Part shown: positions 8,927 through 18,321 of the stretch, piece after piece | How positions within the stretch are numbered: the first letter of the stretch is position 1 | How the letters are laid out: the number at the start of each line of letters is the position of its first letter | Assembly (NCBI GenBank): GCA_037441385.1 | Contig: JBBISH010000042.1 | Location: 1 to 45,009, forward strand | Direction: 5' to 3' | Length of the DNA stretch: 45,009 nt | Origin: Myxococcales bacterium | GTDB lineage: Bacteria > Myxococcota_A > UBA9042 | Notes under the pieces: model-generated | Databases searched by the model: none | Seen by the model: only the letters and a program-made list of their open reading frames with translations | Told to the model about the DNA's origin: nothing | Program-made: the position numbers and the translations under genes

Positions 8927-10072
8927 TCAGGGGCGGTGCGCGTAGAAGATCTTTGCGCCTACGCCTTCGCTCAACGTGTAGTAGCCGTTGCCGTCGACCG
9001 ACCAGGCCAAGCTCTCGCCCTGGTCCTCGGTGTGAATCGGCAAGGGACACGGCGCCGCCAGCAACGCGAGTGGTAGCGCTTCGCCGCCCGGCCGACGCCA
9101 GGCAAAGGCCGCGTTGCGCGTCCGCACGGCCACCAATTGACCATCGCTCGAGATATCCCCCGCCGTCACCTGCGGATCGCCCGGCAGGCTGCCCTGACCA
9201 AATTGCAGCTTGGCCACCTTGGTCAGCGTCACGGGCTGGGTGCCAGCCAGCAGCGGGGCCTGTGCCCGATACACCTTGGATTTTCCATCGTTGGCCTTGG
9301 TCACGATGTACAGATCGCCGGCAAGGGGGTCCAGCAGCAACGCCTCGGCGTCGTGCGCGCCATCGGGGTACACCAACTTGAACTCTTGCCAGTCCGCGAT
9401 CTCGCCCGTGGCATTGCTCAGGCCGGCATCGACAATCGGCTCGACCACGCGATACACCGAAATGCCGCTGCGCACACTGTCGTTGTCGCCGATGTCGCCG
9501 ATGTAGAGCTCGGGCTGGCCGGACGTGCCCGTTGCGGCGGCCGCCAAGTCCTCCCAATCCACGTTGACGGCGCCCGTCAGGGTCCACGTCGCCAGACGCT
9601 TGCCTGCCAAGTTGATGGCGTACAGCTTGGGGCCGCCGCCCGAGTCGTTGTGCGTCCACAGCACGTTGGGGTTGCGCCGGCTCTCGACCATCCCGCTCAG
9701 CTCGCCAAGCTGCTTGTCGGCCACCTTTCCCAACGCGGTCGGAGGCAGGAACGCGGGACAAGGCGTGACCTCCACAGCCGAATCGACTGCGGCATCGGTC
9801 GAATCAGCGTCCACCTCCAAGGTGGCCGAATCCGCCACGTCGGCGCCCGGCACCACAGGGACGTCGACGTCCAAGGCGGCCGAGTCCAACGCGACCGGGG
9901 CGTCGGCCGTCGGCAGCACGGTAGACGAACAACCAACCGGGATCAGCGCAGCGAAGGCCAACACCGCACGGGCCACCCAGCCAGGCCCACGCGGCTTCGG
10001 CGGCCCTGGCGAGTCGGGTTCCCGCGCGGCGCGCTGGGCCCACACCGTTGCTGGGCAGGGAGGTTGGGACAC
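8927..10072 (-). CDS. Secreted/lipoprotein of probable beta-propeller fold, function unknown
   Basis: Lipobox-like LIPVGC and an acidic linker, then ELSG, WTHNDSGG, VDWED, YIGDIGDND, DAEAL and QGES motifs. Start uncertain. Confidence 0.7.
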   Translation of the reverse strand: MSQPPCPATVWAQRAAREPDSPGPPKPRGPGWVARAVLAFAALIPVGCSSTVLPTADAPVALDSAALDVDVPVVPGADVADSATLEVDADSTDAAVDSAVEVTPCPAFLPPTALGKVADKQLGELSGMVESRRNPNVLWTHNDSGGGPKLYAINLAGKRLATWTLTGAVNVDWEDLAAAATGTSGQPELYIGDIGDNDSVRSGISVYRVVEPIVDAGLSNATGEIADWQEFKLVYPDGAHDAEALLLDPLAGDLYIVTKANDGKSKVYRAQAPLLAGTQPVTLTKVAKLQFGQGSLPGDPQVTAGDISSDGQLVAVRTRNAAFAWRRPGGEALPLALLAAPCPLPIHTEDQGESLAWSVDGNGYYTLSEGVGAKIFYAHRP

Positions 10073-10355
10073 GCCATGGTCACCACCCGATCATCGGGTC
10101 CAGCGAGTGTACGCACGGCCGCCGCGAAAGGCCATGGCGCGAATACGGAATCAGTCAGAGACGGCTGGAAAACTACGACAATTCTTCGGGCCCGAGCCGG
10201 GTCCCCGCCTGATTCTCATCGGTTGCAAACGGAGTCCGGGAAACCGGACACGCGGCAATGAGGTAGGGCCCGAATAGGACGGCGAAAGAATTGGGCAGGC
10301 GCCGCCGCTGGCACTACAGTGCGGTTGGCGGCCGCTTGGGCTGCCTGGAGTCGAC

Positions 10356-11687
10356 ATGCTCGCCGCCCTGGCTCATCGCATCGTGGTCGCCGCCGCCGCG
10401 ACCGCCGTGCTGCTGGTCGGTCCGACGGCCAACGCCGACGAAGCGCTCACTCTTGCCAAAGCTTGGCAGCTGGCCGCCCGCCAGCATCCAGCACTTGCGG
10501 CCGCCCAGGCCCAGGTGGGCGCGAGTCAAGCCGGTGTGGCGGTGGCGCGTCTACCCTACTTGCCGGTCGCGATCGTGGATTTTTCCGGTGCCCAGACCAC
10601 GGCCAACTACGTGGCCAAACCTGGGGCGCTGCCCAAGGATCTGGCGCGCGCCTCGGCACCGACCTCGATGGAACTGTGGACGTTTTGGCAAGGCGGCGCA
10701 GCAGCGCAATGGACGGTGACCGACTTTGGCAAGACGGCCGCAGAAGTCGCGGTGGCCCAGGCTCTTGCGGATGCTGCGCGTGCGGATGCCGCAGAAGTCC
10801 GACGCGAGCTGTGGCGGCAGGTGGCCTTGAGCTATGCCGCGACGTGGGTGGCGCAGCAACGTCTGGCGCGGGCGGAGCAGGCCCTGCAACTGGCTGACCG
10901 TAGGCGCGAAATGGTGGCTCATCTGGTCGAACACAGCGTGCGGCCAGCCAGCGACGCAGCCCGCGCCCTCAGCGAACGCGAGTTGGCCGCATTGACGCTG
11001 GACGAGCGACGGTCCGAACTGCAGGCTGCCCGCGCGGGCCTGGCCGTGGCCGTGGGCGAGCCCAGCGTGGGGACGCTGGCCGGGCTGGCCTTGCCGGTTG
11101 CCGCGACCGGGGATTCGGCGCCGGATCTAGACGCGGTCGTGGCACAATTGGCAAGCCGCGATCCACAGTTGCTTGGCCTGGAGGCGCTGCGCCGGGCCGC
11201 GCTGGCCGAGGTGAGCGCCGCGGAGCGCAGGCAAATGCCGGCCCTGTATCTGGCCGGGGGCATGGCGCTGGCCGGGCAGCAGCTTGCGTCGCCTACGTTC
11301 AACGCCCAGGTGGCGGCGGGTGTGAACTGGCAGGGCTCGTCGCTGTGGGCGGCCGGCGCGACCGCCAGCCAAGCGCGAGCCAAGCTGCCGTGGATCGCCG
11401 CGCAGCAGCAGATGATTTTGCGAAGCAAGCGGCAAGAGCTGGCTCAAGCTCGCGCCGGGGTGACGGCGGCCCTGGCGCGCATGCCGTTGTTGCAGCAGGC
11501 TGCCCAAGCCGCCCAAGTGTCGGAAGTGGCGGCCGAGCAGCGCTACCAAAGTGGCGTGGGCCTGCTGAGCGAGGTGTTGGACGCGGCGGCAGTCCGCCTG
11601 CATGTGGGCGAACGGCAGCTGATCGCCGAACAAGCCTGGTTGCTCGCCGAAGTTCGCTGGCGCGCCGCCTTGGGGCAGTTGGACTAG
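10356..11687 (+). CDS. TolC-family outer membrane efflux protein
   Basis: Signal peptide, LTLAKAWQLAARQHPAL, Ala-rich helical repeats, W..TDFGK and RYQSG...EVLDA motifs. GGAG RBS. Confidence 0.85.
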   Translation: MLAALAHRIVVAAAATAVLLVGPTANADEALTLAKAWQLAARQHPALAAAQAQVGASQAGVAVARLPYLPVAIVDFSGAQTTANYVAKPGALPKDLARASAPTSMELWTFWQGGAAAQWTVTDFGKTAAEVAVAQALADAARADAAEVRRELWRQVALSYAATWVAQQRLARAEQALQLADRRREMVAHLVEHSVRPASDAARALSERELAALTLDERRSELQAARAGLAVAVGEPSVGTLAGLALPVAATGDSAPDLDAVVAQLASRDPQLLGLEALRRAALAEVSAAERRQMPALYLAGGMALAGQQLASPTFNAQVAAGVNWQGSSLWAAGATASQARAKLPWIAAQQQMILRSKRQELAQARAGVTAALARMPLLQQAAQAAQVSEVAAEQRYQSGVGLLSEVLDAAAVRLHVGERQLIAEQAWLLAEVRWRAALGQLD

Positions 11688-11695
11688 CGACGCGA

Positions 11696-13459
11696 CTACG
11701 CGGACCGGGTCAGCAGCTGCGCTTCCATTTCTGCAGCCAGCGCCCGCACTTCTAGCGGCTTGGCCAAGAACCCTGTCATCCCGGCCTGCTGGCAGCGCTC
11801 GCGGTCCTCGGCCAAAGCGCTGGCGGTCAACGCGACCACCGGCACCCGGCCGCGCGGACCGTCCAGGGCGCGGATCATCTGCGTCGCCGTCAGGCCGTCC
11901 ATGCCCGGCATGTGGCAGTCCATCAGGATCAGGTCAAAATCCTGGGTCTTGGCCAGCTCGACACCCGCATCGCCGGCCTCTGCCGTCACCACCTGATGGC
12001 CAAGCCGCTGCAGCATGCGCTGCGCGACCACGCTGTTGACCGCATTGTCCTCGACCAGCAAGACCCGGCACGGCTGCATCACGGGCAGAACCTGCGACAC
12101 GGTACGCCGCGGCATGATCTGACTCGGCGGCACCCGCGGGGCGTTGACCTCGAAGCGGAACGTGGAGCCGCGCCCCACTTCGCTGACCACGTCGAGGTGA
12201 CCGCCCATGACGTCGACGATTTGCTTGCTGATGACCAGCCCCAGCCCCGTGCCGCCGAACTGGCGATTTTGCTTGGAGTCCACTTGCCGAAACGGTCGAA
12301 ACAGCTGCTGGATGTCTTCCGCGGCGATGCCGATGCCGGTGTCGGTCACCGCCACGTTCAGGCGATCTTGGTGCCACGAGACCGTGACATGGACACCGCC
12401 CGTCCGGGTGAACTTGATAGCGTTGCTGACCAAGTTGAGCATGACCTGCCGCAGCCGACCCGCGTCTAGCAAGAGCAGGTCCGGCACCATCGGTCCAACA
12501 TCGACTTCCATCGACAGAGCCGCCGAACGGGCCCGCTCGGCCAGCAACGTGGTGGTGGCGCCCAACACTTCGCGCACGTCCGCGGGCCGCTCGACCAGCG
12601 TCAGGTGACCGGCGTCCGCTTTCGAGAAGTCCAGAATGTCGTCGATGATTTCGACCAGCGCGCGGCTGGAATCCAAAATGAGCTGCAGCTGCCGGCGCGT
12701 GCCGGGGGCGAGGTCCTCGGCCAGCATCACGTCAGCCATGCCGATCACCCCGTTCATCGGGGTGCGGATCTCGTGGCTCATGTGCGCCAAGAACGCGGTA
12801 CGCGCATCGGTGGCTGCCTCGGCGCGGGCGCGGGCGCGATCCAGCTCGGCGGCAGAGGCCTGCAACTGCCCCATCGACTGATCTTTGGAGCGCTCGTAGA
12901 TGAGCGAGAGCGACAGCAGCATCACAGACAGCACCACCGCGCCCAGCACATCGTTCAGCTGCGACGGAGGATGGGTCAGGTGGCCCAGTTTCCCCGTACC
13001 AGCAAGCACGCCCACGGTCGTGATGGCGGCAGCCGTGAGCACCAACCAGACCAAACCCGAGCGGCGGCCGGCCAGAAACGCGGCGAGGATGGGCGAAATG
13101 CCCAGCCAGTACATGGAACCGATGTCGGCCCCGGCCATCTGGACGAGCGTGGTCAGGTTGGCCACCGCAAAAGTGGCCACGGCATAGTTGCCCGCAATGG
13201 TCATCGACCGCGTTTTCCGCAGCACCACCATGCTGAGCGAACCCAAGACGGCCGTGGCGGCCAGCGTGGCGGCAACGTGCGGCAGGCCATCGCTCCAATA
13301 CACCGCGGCAAACAGCATCGGCACGGCGAGGACGACCACCGAGTATAGAAGCAGCAACTCGGCGCGCAGACGCACGGCCGGATCGCCCAAGCGCACCGAC
13401 GGCGGCAACAGGCGGTCTGGCAAAAGCCGTAGACTCAGAAGTTGCTGCAAGTTCGCCAT
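11696..13459 (-). CDS. Membrane-bound hybrid sensor histidine kinase / response regulator
   Basis: About 6 TM helices, H-box FLAHMSHEIRTPMNG, N/G boxes (NLVSNAIKFT, DTGIG, GGTGLGL), receiver DLILMDCHMPGMDG. Start set at ATG 13459 (ORF track 13789). Confidence 0.92.
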   Translation of the reverse strand: MANLQQLLSLRLLPDRLLPPSVRLGDPAVRLRAELLLLYSVVVLAVPMLFAAVYWSDGLPHVAATLAATAVLGSLSMVVLRKTRSMTIAGNYAVATFAVANLTTLVQMAGADIGSMYWLGISPILAAFLAGRRSGLVWLVLTAAAITTVGVLAGTGKLGHLTHPPSQLNDVLGAVVLSVMLLSLSLIYERSKDQSMGQLQASAAELDRARARAEAATDARTAFLAHMSHEIRTPMNGVIGMADVMLAEDLAPGTRRQLQLILDSSRALVEIIDDILDFSKADAGHLTLVERPADVREVLGATTTLLAERARSAALSMEVDVGPMVPDLLLLDAGRLRQVMLNLVSNAIKFTRTGGVHVTVSWHQDRLNVAVTDTGIGIAAEDIQQLFRPFRQVDSKQNRQFGGTGLGLVISKQIVDVMGGHLDVVSEVGRGSTFRFEVNAPRVPPSQIMPRRTVSQVLPVMQPCRVLLVEDNAVNSVVAQRMLQRLGHQVVTAEAGDAGVELAKTQDFDLILMDCHMPGMDGLTATQMIRALDGPRGRVPVVALTASALAEDRERCQQAGMTGFLAKPLEVRALAAEMEAQLLTRSA

Positions 13460-13766
13460 CGGCACTTCCGATTGCCACACATGCGGGGCCACGCCGACTG
13501 GCCAATCACGGCGGCCTGGGTCAAGACCGCTGACCGGGCAATCGCGACGCCAGAACACTACCCAGGACTGTTGCCCAACAGCCTGGCCTGCTGCAGGGCC
13601 CCGCTGCAAAGTAGGGTATTCGCAGCGCTCTGGGTCGTCAAACTCTTGCCGTGCAATCCCTGCCCGATCCGCCTTGGCGCGCTCCCCCGCGGCGTGCAGC
13701 AGCGTACGGTTTCTGGGTGGGCGCTCAAGGTCTTGGGCAAGAAGGTTGCCGGGCCGATCTGGCCGC

Positions 13767-13795
13767 TTTACGCTGGCGCGCTGCGCCATTACACT
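13767..13795 (+). promoter_or_regulatory. Candidate sigma70-type promoter of the ape-like operon
   Basis: TTTACG (13767-13772), 17-nt spacer, TACACT (13790-13795), about 35 nt upstream of ATG 13830. Confidence 0.4.
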
Positions 13796-13829
13796 AGGCC
13801 GGGATCGGGCGGGGGCTCCGAGCTATGCG

Positions 13830-14645
13830 ATGATGCTGCGCTGGTTGGATCAAGGACTACGTTTCTTGCTGATCGTGCTGGCGTTTTCCAGCTTCGCTGC
13901 GGGCGGGCTGCTGCTGTCGCTGGTCGTCATCCCCATGCTGCGCCTGCTACCGGGAGACCGCGCCGCCTATGGCCACCGCTGTCGCCGGGCTACGCAGCAG
14001 GCCTATCGTCTTTTCCACGCCTACATGCGCGCCGCACGGCTGATCGACTACCAGCCGGGCCAACTGCAGCTGGATTTGCCGCCGGGCGGCTGCGTCCTGA
14101 TCGCCAACCACCCCACTCTGGTCGACGTGACCGCCATCTTGGCGGCGGTCGGGGAAGCCGCGTGCGTGGTCAAGCATACATACTACAATGGCCCCCTCCA
14201 CTTCTTGATGCGCGGCAATTGGCACATCGACGGCGGCCGGGGCGACGCGACCGCCGGCGCGGCCGTGGTGCTGCAGGCCATCGAACGCGTGAGCGCCGGG
14301 CTGCCGGTGCTGATTTTTCCAGAGGGCACGCGCTCGCCCGAGGGCGGATTGAATCGCTTCCAGCGCGGCGCGTTCGAGATCGCACGCCGTGCGGGCGTCC
14401 CCATCGTGCCACTGCGCGTGACCTGCGACCCGCCGGTGCTGGCCAAAGAGGCGCCTTGGTACCGGGTGCCGGTGCCGGCAGCGCGGTTGCGGATTGAACA
14501 GTTGCCGACGCTGTGGCCCGAGCGGGCGCCGGACACGACCAAAGCCTGGGCGGCCGAGTGCGAGGCCATGTACCGGCAACGCCTGCCCGCCACCGCACCC
14601 CACCCTGCGAACGACCTTGCACTGGCCGCCAACGCCGCCGCGTAG
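13830..14645 (+). CDS. PlsC-family lysophospholipid acyltransferase (ApeD-like)
   Basis: NHPTLVD (HxxxxD) and IFPEGTRS motifs with an N-terminal TM. Start reset to ATG 13830. Confidence 0.9.
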   Translation: MMLRWLDQGLRFLLIVLAFSSFAAGGLLLSLVVIPMLRLLPGDRAAYGHRCRRATQQAYRLFHAYMRAARLIDYQPGQLQLDLPPGGCVLIANHPTLVDVTAILAAVGEAACVVKHTYYNGPLHFLMRGNWHIDGGRGDATAGAAVVLQAIERVSAGLPVLIFPEGTRSPEGGLNRFQRGAFEIARRAGVPIVPLRVTCDPPVLAKEAPWYRVPVPAARLRIEQLPTLWPERAPDTTKAWAAECEAMYRQRLPATAPHPANDLALAANAAA

Positions 14646-14654
14646 ACAAGAGGA

Positions 14655-14930
14655 ATGCAAATGGCAGAACTTGAACGTGAATTGAAGGAGCTCATCATCG
14701 AAGCGCTGGCGCTCGAGGACTTGTCGCCCGACGACATCGTCACCGACGACCCGCTGTTTCGCGAAGGCCTGGGGCTCGACTCGATCGACGCCCTAGAGCT
14801 GTCGATGGCCATCCACAAGCGCTTTGGCGTGCGCATCGAGGCCGATGACAGCCGCAACAAGTCGATTTTTCGGTCAGTGAGCAGCCTGGCCGCCCACATT
14901 GCCGCCAACCGCGCGGCTGCCCCGCACTAG
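14655..14930 (+). CDS. Acyl carrier protein 1 (ApeE-like)
   Basis: GLGLDSIDALEL phosphopantetheine site, small acidic protein, GAGG RBS. Confidence 0.93.
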   Translation: MQMAELERELKELIIEALALEDLSPDDIVTDDPLFREGLGLDSIDALELSMAIHKRFGVRIEADDSRNKSIFRSVSSLAAHIAANRAAAPH

Positions 14931-14959
14931 CCGGTAGCCGTCGGCGTTGGGAGACTGAC

Positions 14960-15208
14960 ATGAATCGTGATGAAATTTTTGAGAAAGTCCGCGACATTCT
15001 GGCCGAGATGTTCGAAATCGACCCGGCGACGGTCAAGCTGGAGTCGCAGCTCGTGCAGGATTTGGACTTGGACAGCATCGACGCCATCGACATGGTGGTC
15101 AAGCTGCAAGAGCTGACGGGCAAACGCGTGGAAGAAGCCAAGCTCCGCAAAGTCCGCACGGTAGGCGACGTGGTCGACCTGGTGGAGTCGCACCTTGGGG
15201 CGAGCTGA
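14960..15208 (+). CDS. Acyl carrier protein 2 (ApeF-like)
   Basis: DLDLDSIDAIDM site and VRTVGDVV. GGAG RBS. Confidence 0.93.
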   Translation: MNRDEIFEKVRDILAEMFEIDPATVKLESQLVQDLDLDSIDAIDMVVKLQELTGKRVEEAKLRKVRTVGDVVDLVESHLGAS

Positions 15209-15827
15209 TCCGGCGGGCGGTGCGGCCTGGGTCGACAACGTGGCAAAGGCGCTGGGTGTTGCCTTGGGCATCGCCTATCCGTTGCTGCTGTGGTACGGGC
15301 TGACGCATTGGCCATCGCAACAGGTTGAGGCGCTGGTCCTTGCCACGCTGGTGATTCTGGCATGGCTGCGGTTGCGCAAAGTGGGCAAAGCGTTGCGGCG
15401 ATCGGTGGCGGCGGCGCCCCTGGCGGCAATTGCGCTGGCGGCGCTGGGGCTCGCGCTGGACGACCCGCGGCTGGTACTGGCGCTGCCGGCGCTAGTCAAT
15501 ACCATGTTCTTCCTGTCGTTTCTTGCCTCGTTGCGCGGCGTACCGATGATCGAGCGCTACGCTCGCCTGGTCAAACCAGAGCTGCCACCGGCCGAGGTGC
15601 GCTACTGCCGCAGCGTCACGCTGATCTGGTGCGCGTTCTTTGTCGCCAACGGCGCGACCGCCGCCGCTCTGGCCGCCTGGGCGAGCTACGACACGTGGGC
15701 CCTGTTTACCGGCATCCTGAGCTACGCCGCGATGGGCCTGCTCTTTGCCATCGAGTACGCGGTGCGCACGTTTCGGTTTGGCCGGCCCGCGGCCAACCCG
15801 CTGGCCTCGGAAGTCGTCCGGCCATGA
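15195..15827 (+). CDS. COG4648-type membrane protein (ApeG-like)
   Basis: Multi-TM protein with AYP, FLASL..PMIERYAR, Y.R.VT..WC.FF..NG and W...G..SY motifs. Position after the ACP pair matches ape clusters. Start may be GTG 15240. Confidence 0.82.
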   Translation: MGRADPAGGAAWVDNVAKALGVALGIAYPLLLWYGLTHWPSQQVEALVLATLVILAWLRLRKVGKALRRSVAAAPLAAIALAALGLALDDPRLVLALPALVNTMFFLSFLASLRGVPMIERYARLVKPELPPAEVRYCRSVTLIWCAFFVANGATAAALAAWASYDTWALFTGILSYAAMGLLFAIEYAVRTFRFGRPAANPLASEVVRP

Positions 15828-17548
15828 GTCTCGGTGCCTTTCGCATTCCTGCCCACCGGTTGGCTACGGATCGTGTATGCCACGACACCGCGCAACCTCG
15901 CACGCGACAAGAGTTTCTGACGGACGTTGCGCGGGTGGCGCGCCACTTGCCTGGGCCAACGACCGGTAGCCACATCGGCGTGGTGTGTCGCGACCGCTAC
16001 CTCTTTGCCGTGGCACTGCTGGCCGTATGGGCGCGCGGACACGCGGCTGCACTTCCGGGCAACGGACGGCCGCAAACCGTGGCGACACTGCTGGAACAGC
16101 CCAGCGTACTGGCTCTTTTGCACGACGGGGGCAGCGAAGACGAGCCCGCGCAACTGGGGAGCGACCTGCGCACTTGGCTGGACGAGCCGGCCGATGCCGC
16201 GGAGCCGGTCGAGCTGGTTGCCGACCAAAACGTTGCCACGGTCTACACTTCGGGCACCAACGGCGCGCCGCTGCCCTGCGCCAAGACGGCCGGCCAGTTG
16301 CTGGGCGAGGCAGCCAGCCACGTCGCCGAGTTGAATTGGCAACCGGGGCAGGCCTTTGCCGCAACTGTGCCGCCCAACCACGTCTACGGGCTGCTGTTTT
16401 CTGTGCTGGCGCCCCTGCTGTGCGGCGGCAGTTTGGCGCGCACAACGCCGCTCTACGCGCAGACGCTCGCGGCTGAACTGGCCGCGACGCCCGGAGCGAT
16501 TCTGGTCAGCGTGCCGGCGCATCTGGCGACGCTGGAAGTGCTGGATCCTGGCGCACTTGCGACCCTAAGCGGCGTGCTGTCGTCCACGGCGCCGCTGCCC
16601 GAACGGGTCTGGTCGATGCTCGCCCACCGCCATGGTCTGGTGCCGATCGAGGTATTCGGCTCGTCCGAGACGGGCGGCATCGCGCGGCGGCAGCGCGCCC
16701 GCGTGGACCACGTCGATTGGACCGCGCTGAAGGTGGTCCAGGTGCAGGCCGACCAGGACGGGCAACTGCTCGTCACTTCGCCGTTTGTCGGCGGCGGGAT
16801 GCCGCAGCCGGTGCGCACGGGCGACGCGGTCGAACTGGTGGGGCCGGGTCGTTTCGTCCATGCCGGCCGCAGCGATGGTATCGTCAAGACGGCGGGGCAG
16901 CGGGTCGCGCTGCAGGCGGTCGAAGACAAACTGATGGGCATCGCGGGTGTGCAGGATGCGGCCGTGCTGGCTCACCCCTCGGTCCAGCGGCTGCGCGACG
17001 TGGAATTGGTGGCGGTGGTGGTGGCGCCGGGACTCACGGCCAAGGCGTTGCGTCAGGCGCTGTCGGCGTGGTTCGAGCCGAGCACGCTGCCGCGGCGGTA
17101 CCATTTTGTCGACGCGCTGCCGCGGACCGCGACGGGCAAGCTGCCGCGGGCCCAATTGGCGCAGTGGCTAGAGGACCGCTTGCACCCCAGGGAGTTGCTG
17201 GTCCTGGAGCGGCAGATTCTGGCCGCAGACCCGGCGGGTGTGCCGCTGGCCGTGCGGCTGCAATTGCGGGTTCCCACAGAATTCGCCTACTTCCGTGGCC
17301 ACTTCCCAAATCTGCCGATCGTGCCAGGGGTGGCCGAGCTGCAGTGCGTGGTGGTGCCGGCCGTGGCCGAATTGCGGCCGAGCTGGCGCGGGCTGCGGCA
17401 AGTGAGCAAGCTCAAGTTTCGGCGGGTGATTCGACCGCTGGACGAGCTGACCCTGGATCTAAAACTGGGCAACTTGACGGCTGATTTTGAGTTGGTTCGG
17501 CGGGATGAGCCGTGCGCCTCGGGCCGGCTGCACTGGGAGGCTGGATGA
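15824..17548 (+). CDS. AMP-binding acyl-ACP/CoA ligase fused to a FabA/Z-like dehydratase (ApeH-ApeI fusion)
   Basis: ATGA overlap. Adenylation motifs YTSGTNG, PPNHVYGL, FGSSETGG, GRSDGIVK and PRTATGK, then a hotdog motif FRGHFPNLPIVPGV. Confidence 0.88.
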   Translation: MSLGAFRIPAHRLATDRVCHDTAQPRTRQEFLTDVARVARHLPGPTTGSHIGVVCRDRYLFAVALLAVWARGHAAALPGNGRPQTVATLLEQPSVLALLHDGGSEDEPAQLGSDLRTWLDEPADAAEPVELVADQNVATVYTSGTNGAPLPCAKTAGQLLGEAASHVAELNWQPGQAFAATVPPNHVYGLLFSVLAPLLCGGSLARTTPLYAQTLAAELAATPGAILVSVPAHLATLEVLDPGALATLSGVLSSTAPLPERVWSMLAHRHGLVPIEVFGSSETGGIARRQRARVDHVDWTALKVVQVQADQDGQLLVTSPFVGGGMPQPVRTGDAVELVGPGRFVHAGRSDGIVKTAGQRVALQAVEDKLMGIAGVQDAAVLAHPSVQRLRDVELVAVVVAPGLTAKALRQALSAWFEPSTLPRRYHFVDALPRTATGKLPRAQLAQWLEDRLHPRELLVLERQILAADPAGVPLAVRLQLRVPTEFAYFRGHFPNLPIVPGVAELQCVVVPAVAELRPSWRGLRQVSKLKFRRVIRPLDELTLDLKLGNLTADFELVRRDEPCASGRLHWEAG

Positions 17549-18321
17549 CGGCGGCGGATCGCAGCGGCGCGGCGGCCTTTCAGCCGTGCGTGCTGGTGCC
17601 CACGTACAACAACCCGGCGACCGTGCGCAAAGTGGTCGAGCGCGTCCGCGCGTCCTGCCACGACGTGCTGGTCATCGACGACGGCAGCGGGCCCGAAGGC
17701 CGGGCAGTGGTGGAGCAATTGGCCCGCGACGGCTTGGCGGTCGTGCGTCATCGCAACCAGAACGGGGGCAAGGGCGCGGCCGTCAAGACGGGGTTGAATC
17801 TGGCGCAGGAACTGGGCTTCAGCCACGCGCTGCAGGTCGACGCCGACGGCCAGCATGATCTGGACGCCATCCCCAGGTTCTTGCAGGCCGCAGAGCAGCA
17901 GCCCGCGGCGTTGGTCCTGGCGCGGCCCGAATTTGCGGCGGGCACCCCGCGCGGCCGGCGGATGGCGCGCGAGATCACCAATTTCTGGGTGCATATCGAG
18001 ACGTTCAACCTGGCCATCGCCGACGCGATGATCGGTTTCCGCGTCTACCCGGTGGCGGCGACGCTGGCGGCGCGCCCGCGCACGGACCGGATGGACTTTG
18101 ACATCGAGGTGGCGGTGCGGTTGGTGTGGGACGGAGTGCCGGTGTTGAATCTGCCGATTTCAGTGCGCTACTTGACGGCGGACGAAGGCGGGGTGTCGCA
18201 TTTCCGGCTGTTCTCAGACAATGCTCGCATTTCGTGGTTGCACACGCGGCTGGTGACCGAGGGCATCTTGCGCAAGTTGTTTGGCGTCAAGCGGTTTGGC
18301 CTGCGGCTGGAGGCGCCGTGA
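17545..18321 (+). CDS. GT2 glycosyltransferase (ApeJ N-terminal half-like)
   Basis: LVPTYNN, IDDGS, NGGKGAAV and QVDADGQH motifs. GGAGG RBS, ATGA overlap. Confidence 0.92.
   Translation: MTAADRSGAAAFQPCVLVPTYNNPATVRKVVERVRASCHDVLVIDDGSGPEGRAVVEQLARDGLAVVRHRNQNGGKGAAVKTGLNLAQELGFSHALQVDADGQHDLDAIPRFLQAAEQQPAALVLARPEFAAGTPRGRRMAREITNFWVHIETFNLAIADAMIGFRVYPVAATLAARPRTDRMDFDIEVAVRLVWDGVPVLNLPISVRYLTADEGGVSHFRLFSDNARISWLHTRLVTEGILRKLFGVKRFGLRLEAP

Noticed and set aside
13188..13829. N-terminal extension of the acyltransferase ORF as an ApeC/chain-length-factor remnant
   Set aside because: No ketosynthase-like motifs in the translations provided. It partly overlaps the kinase on the opposite strand and looks like GC-rich open-frame run-on.
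13460..13829. Cobalamin riboswitch or sigma54 promoter in the long intergenic region
   Set aside because: No B12-box consensus recognised, and the GG...TTGC candidate near 13653-13667 has the wrong spacing. A covariance-model search would be needed to exclude an RNA fully.
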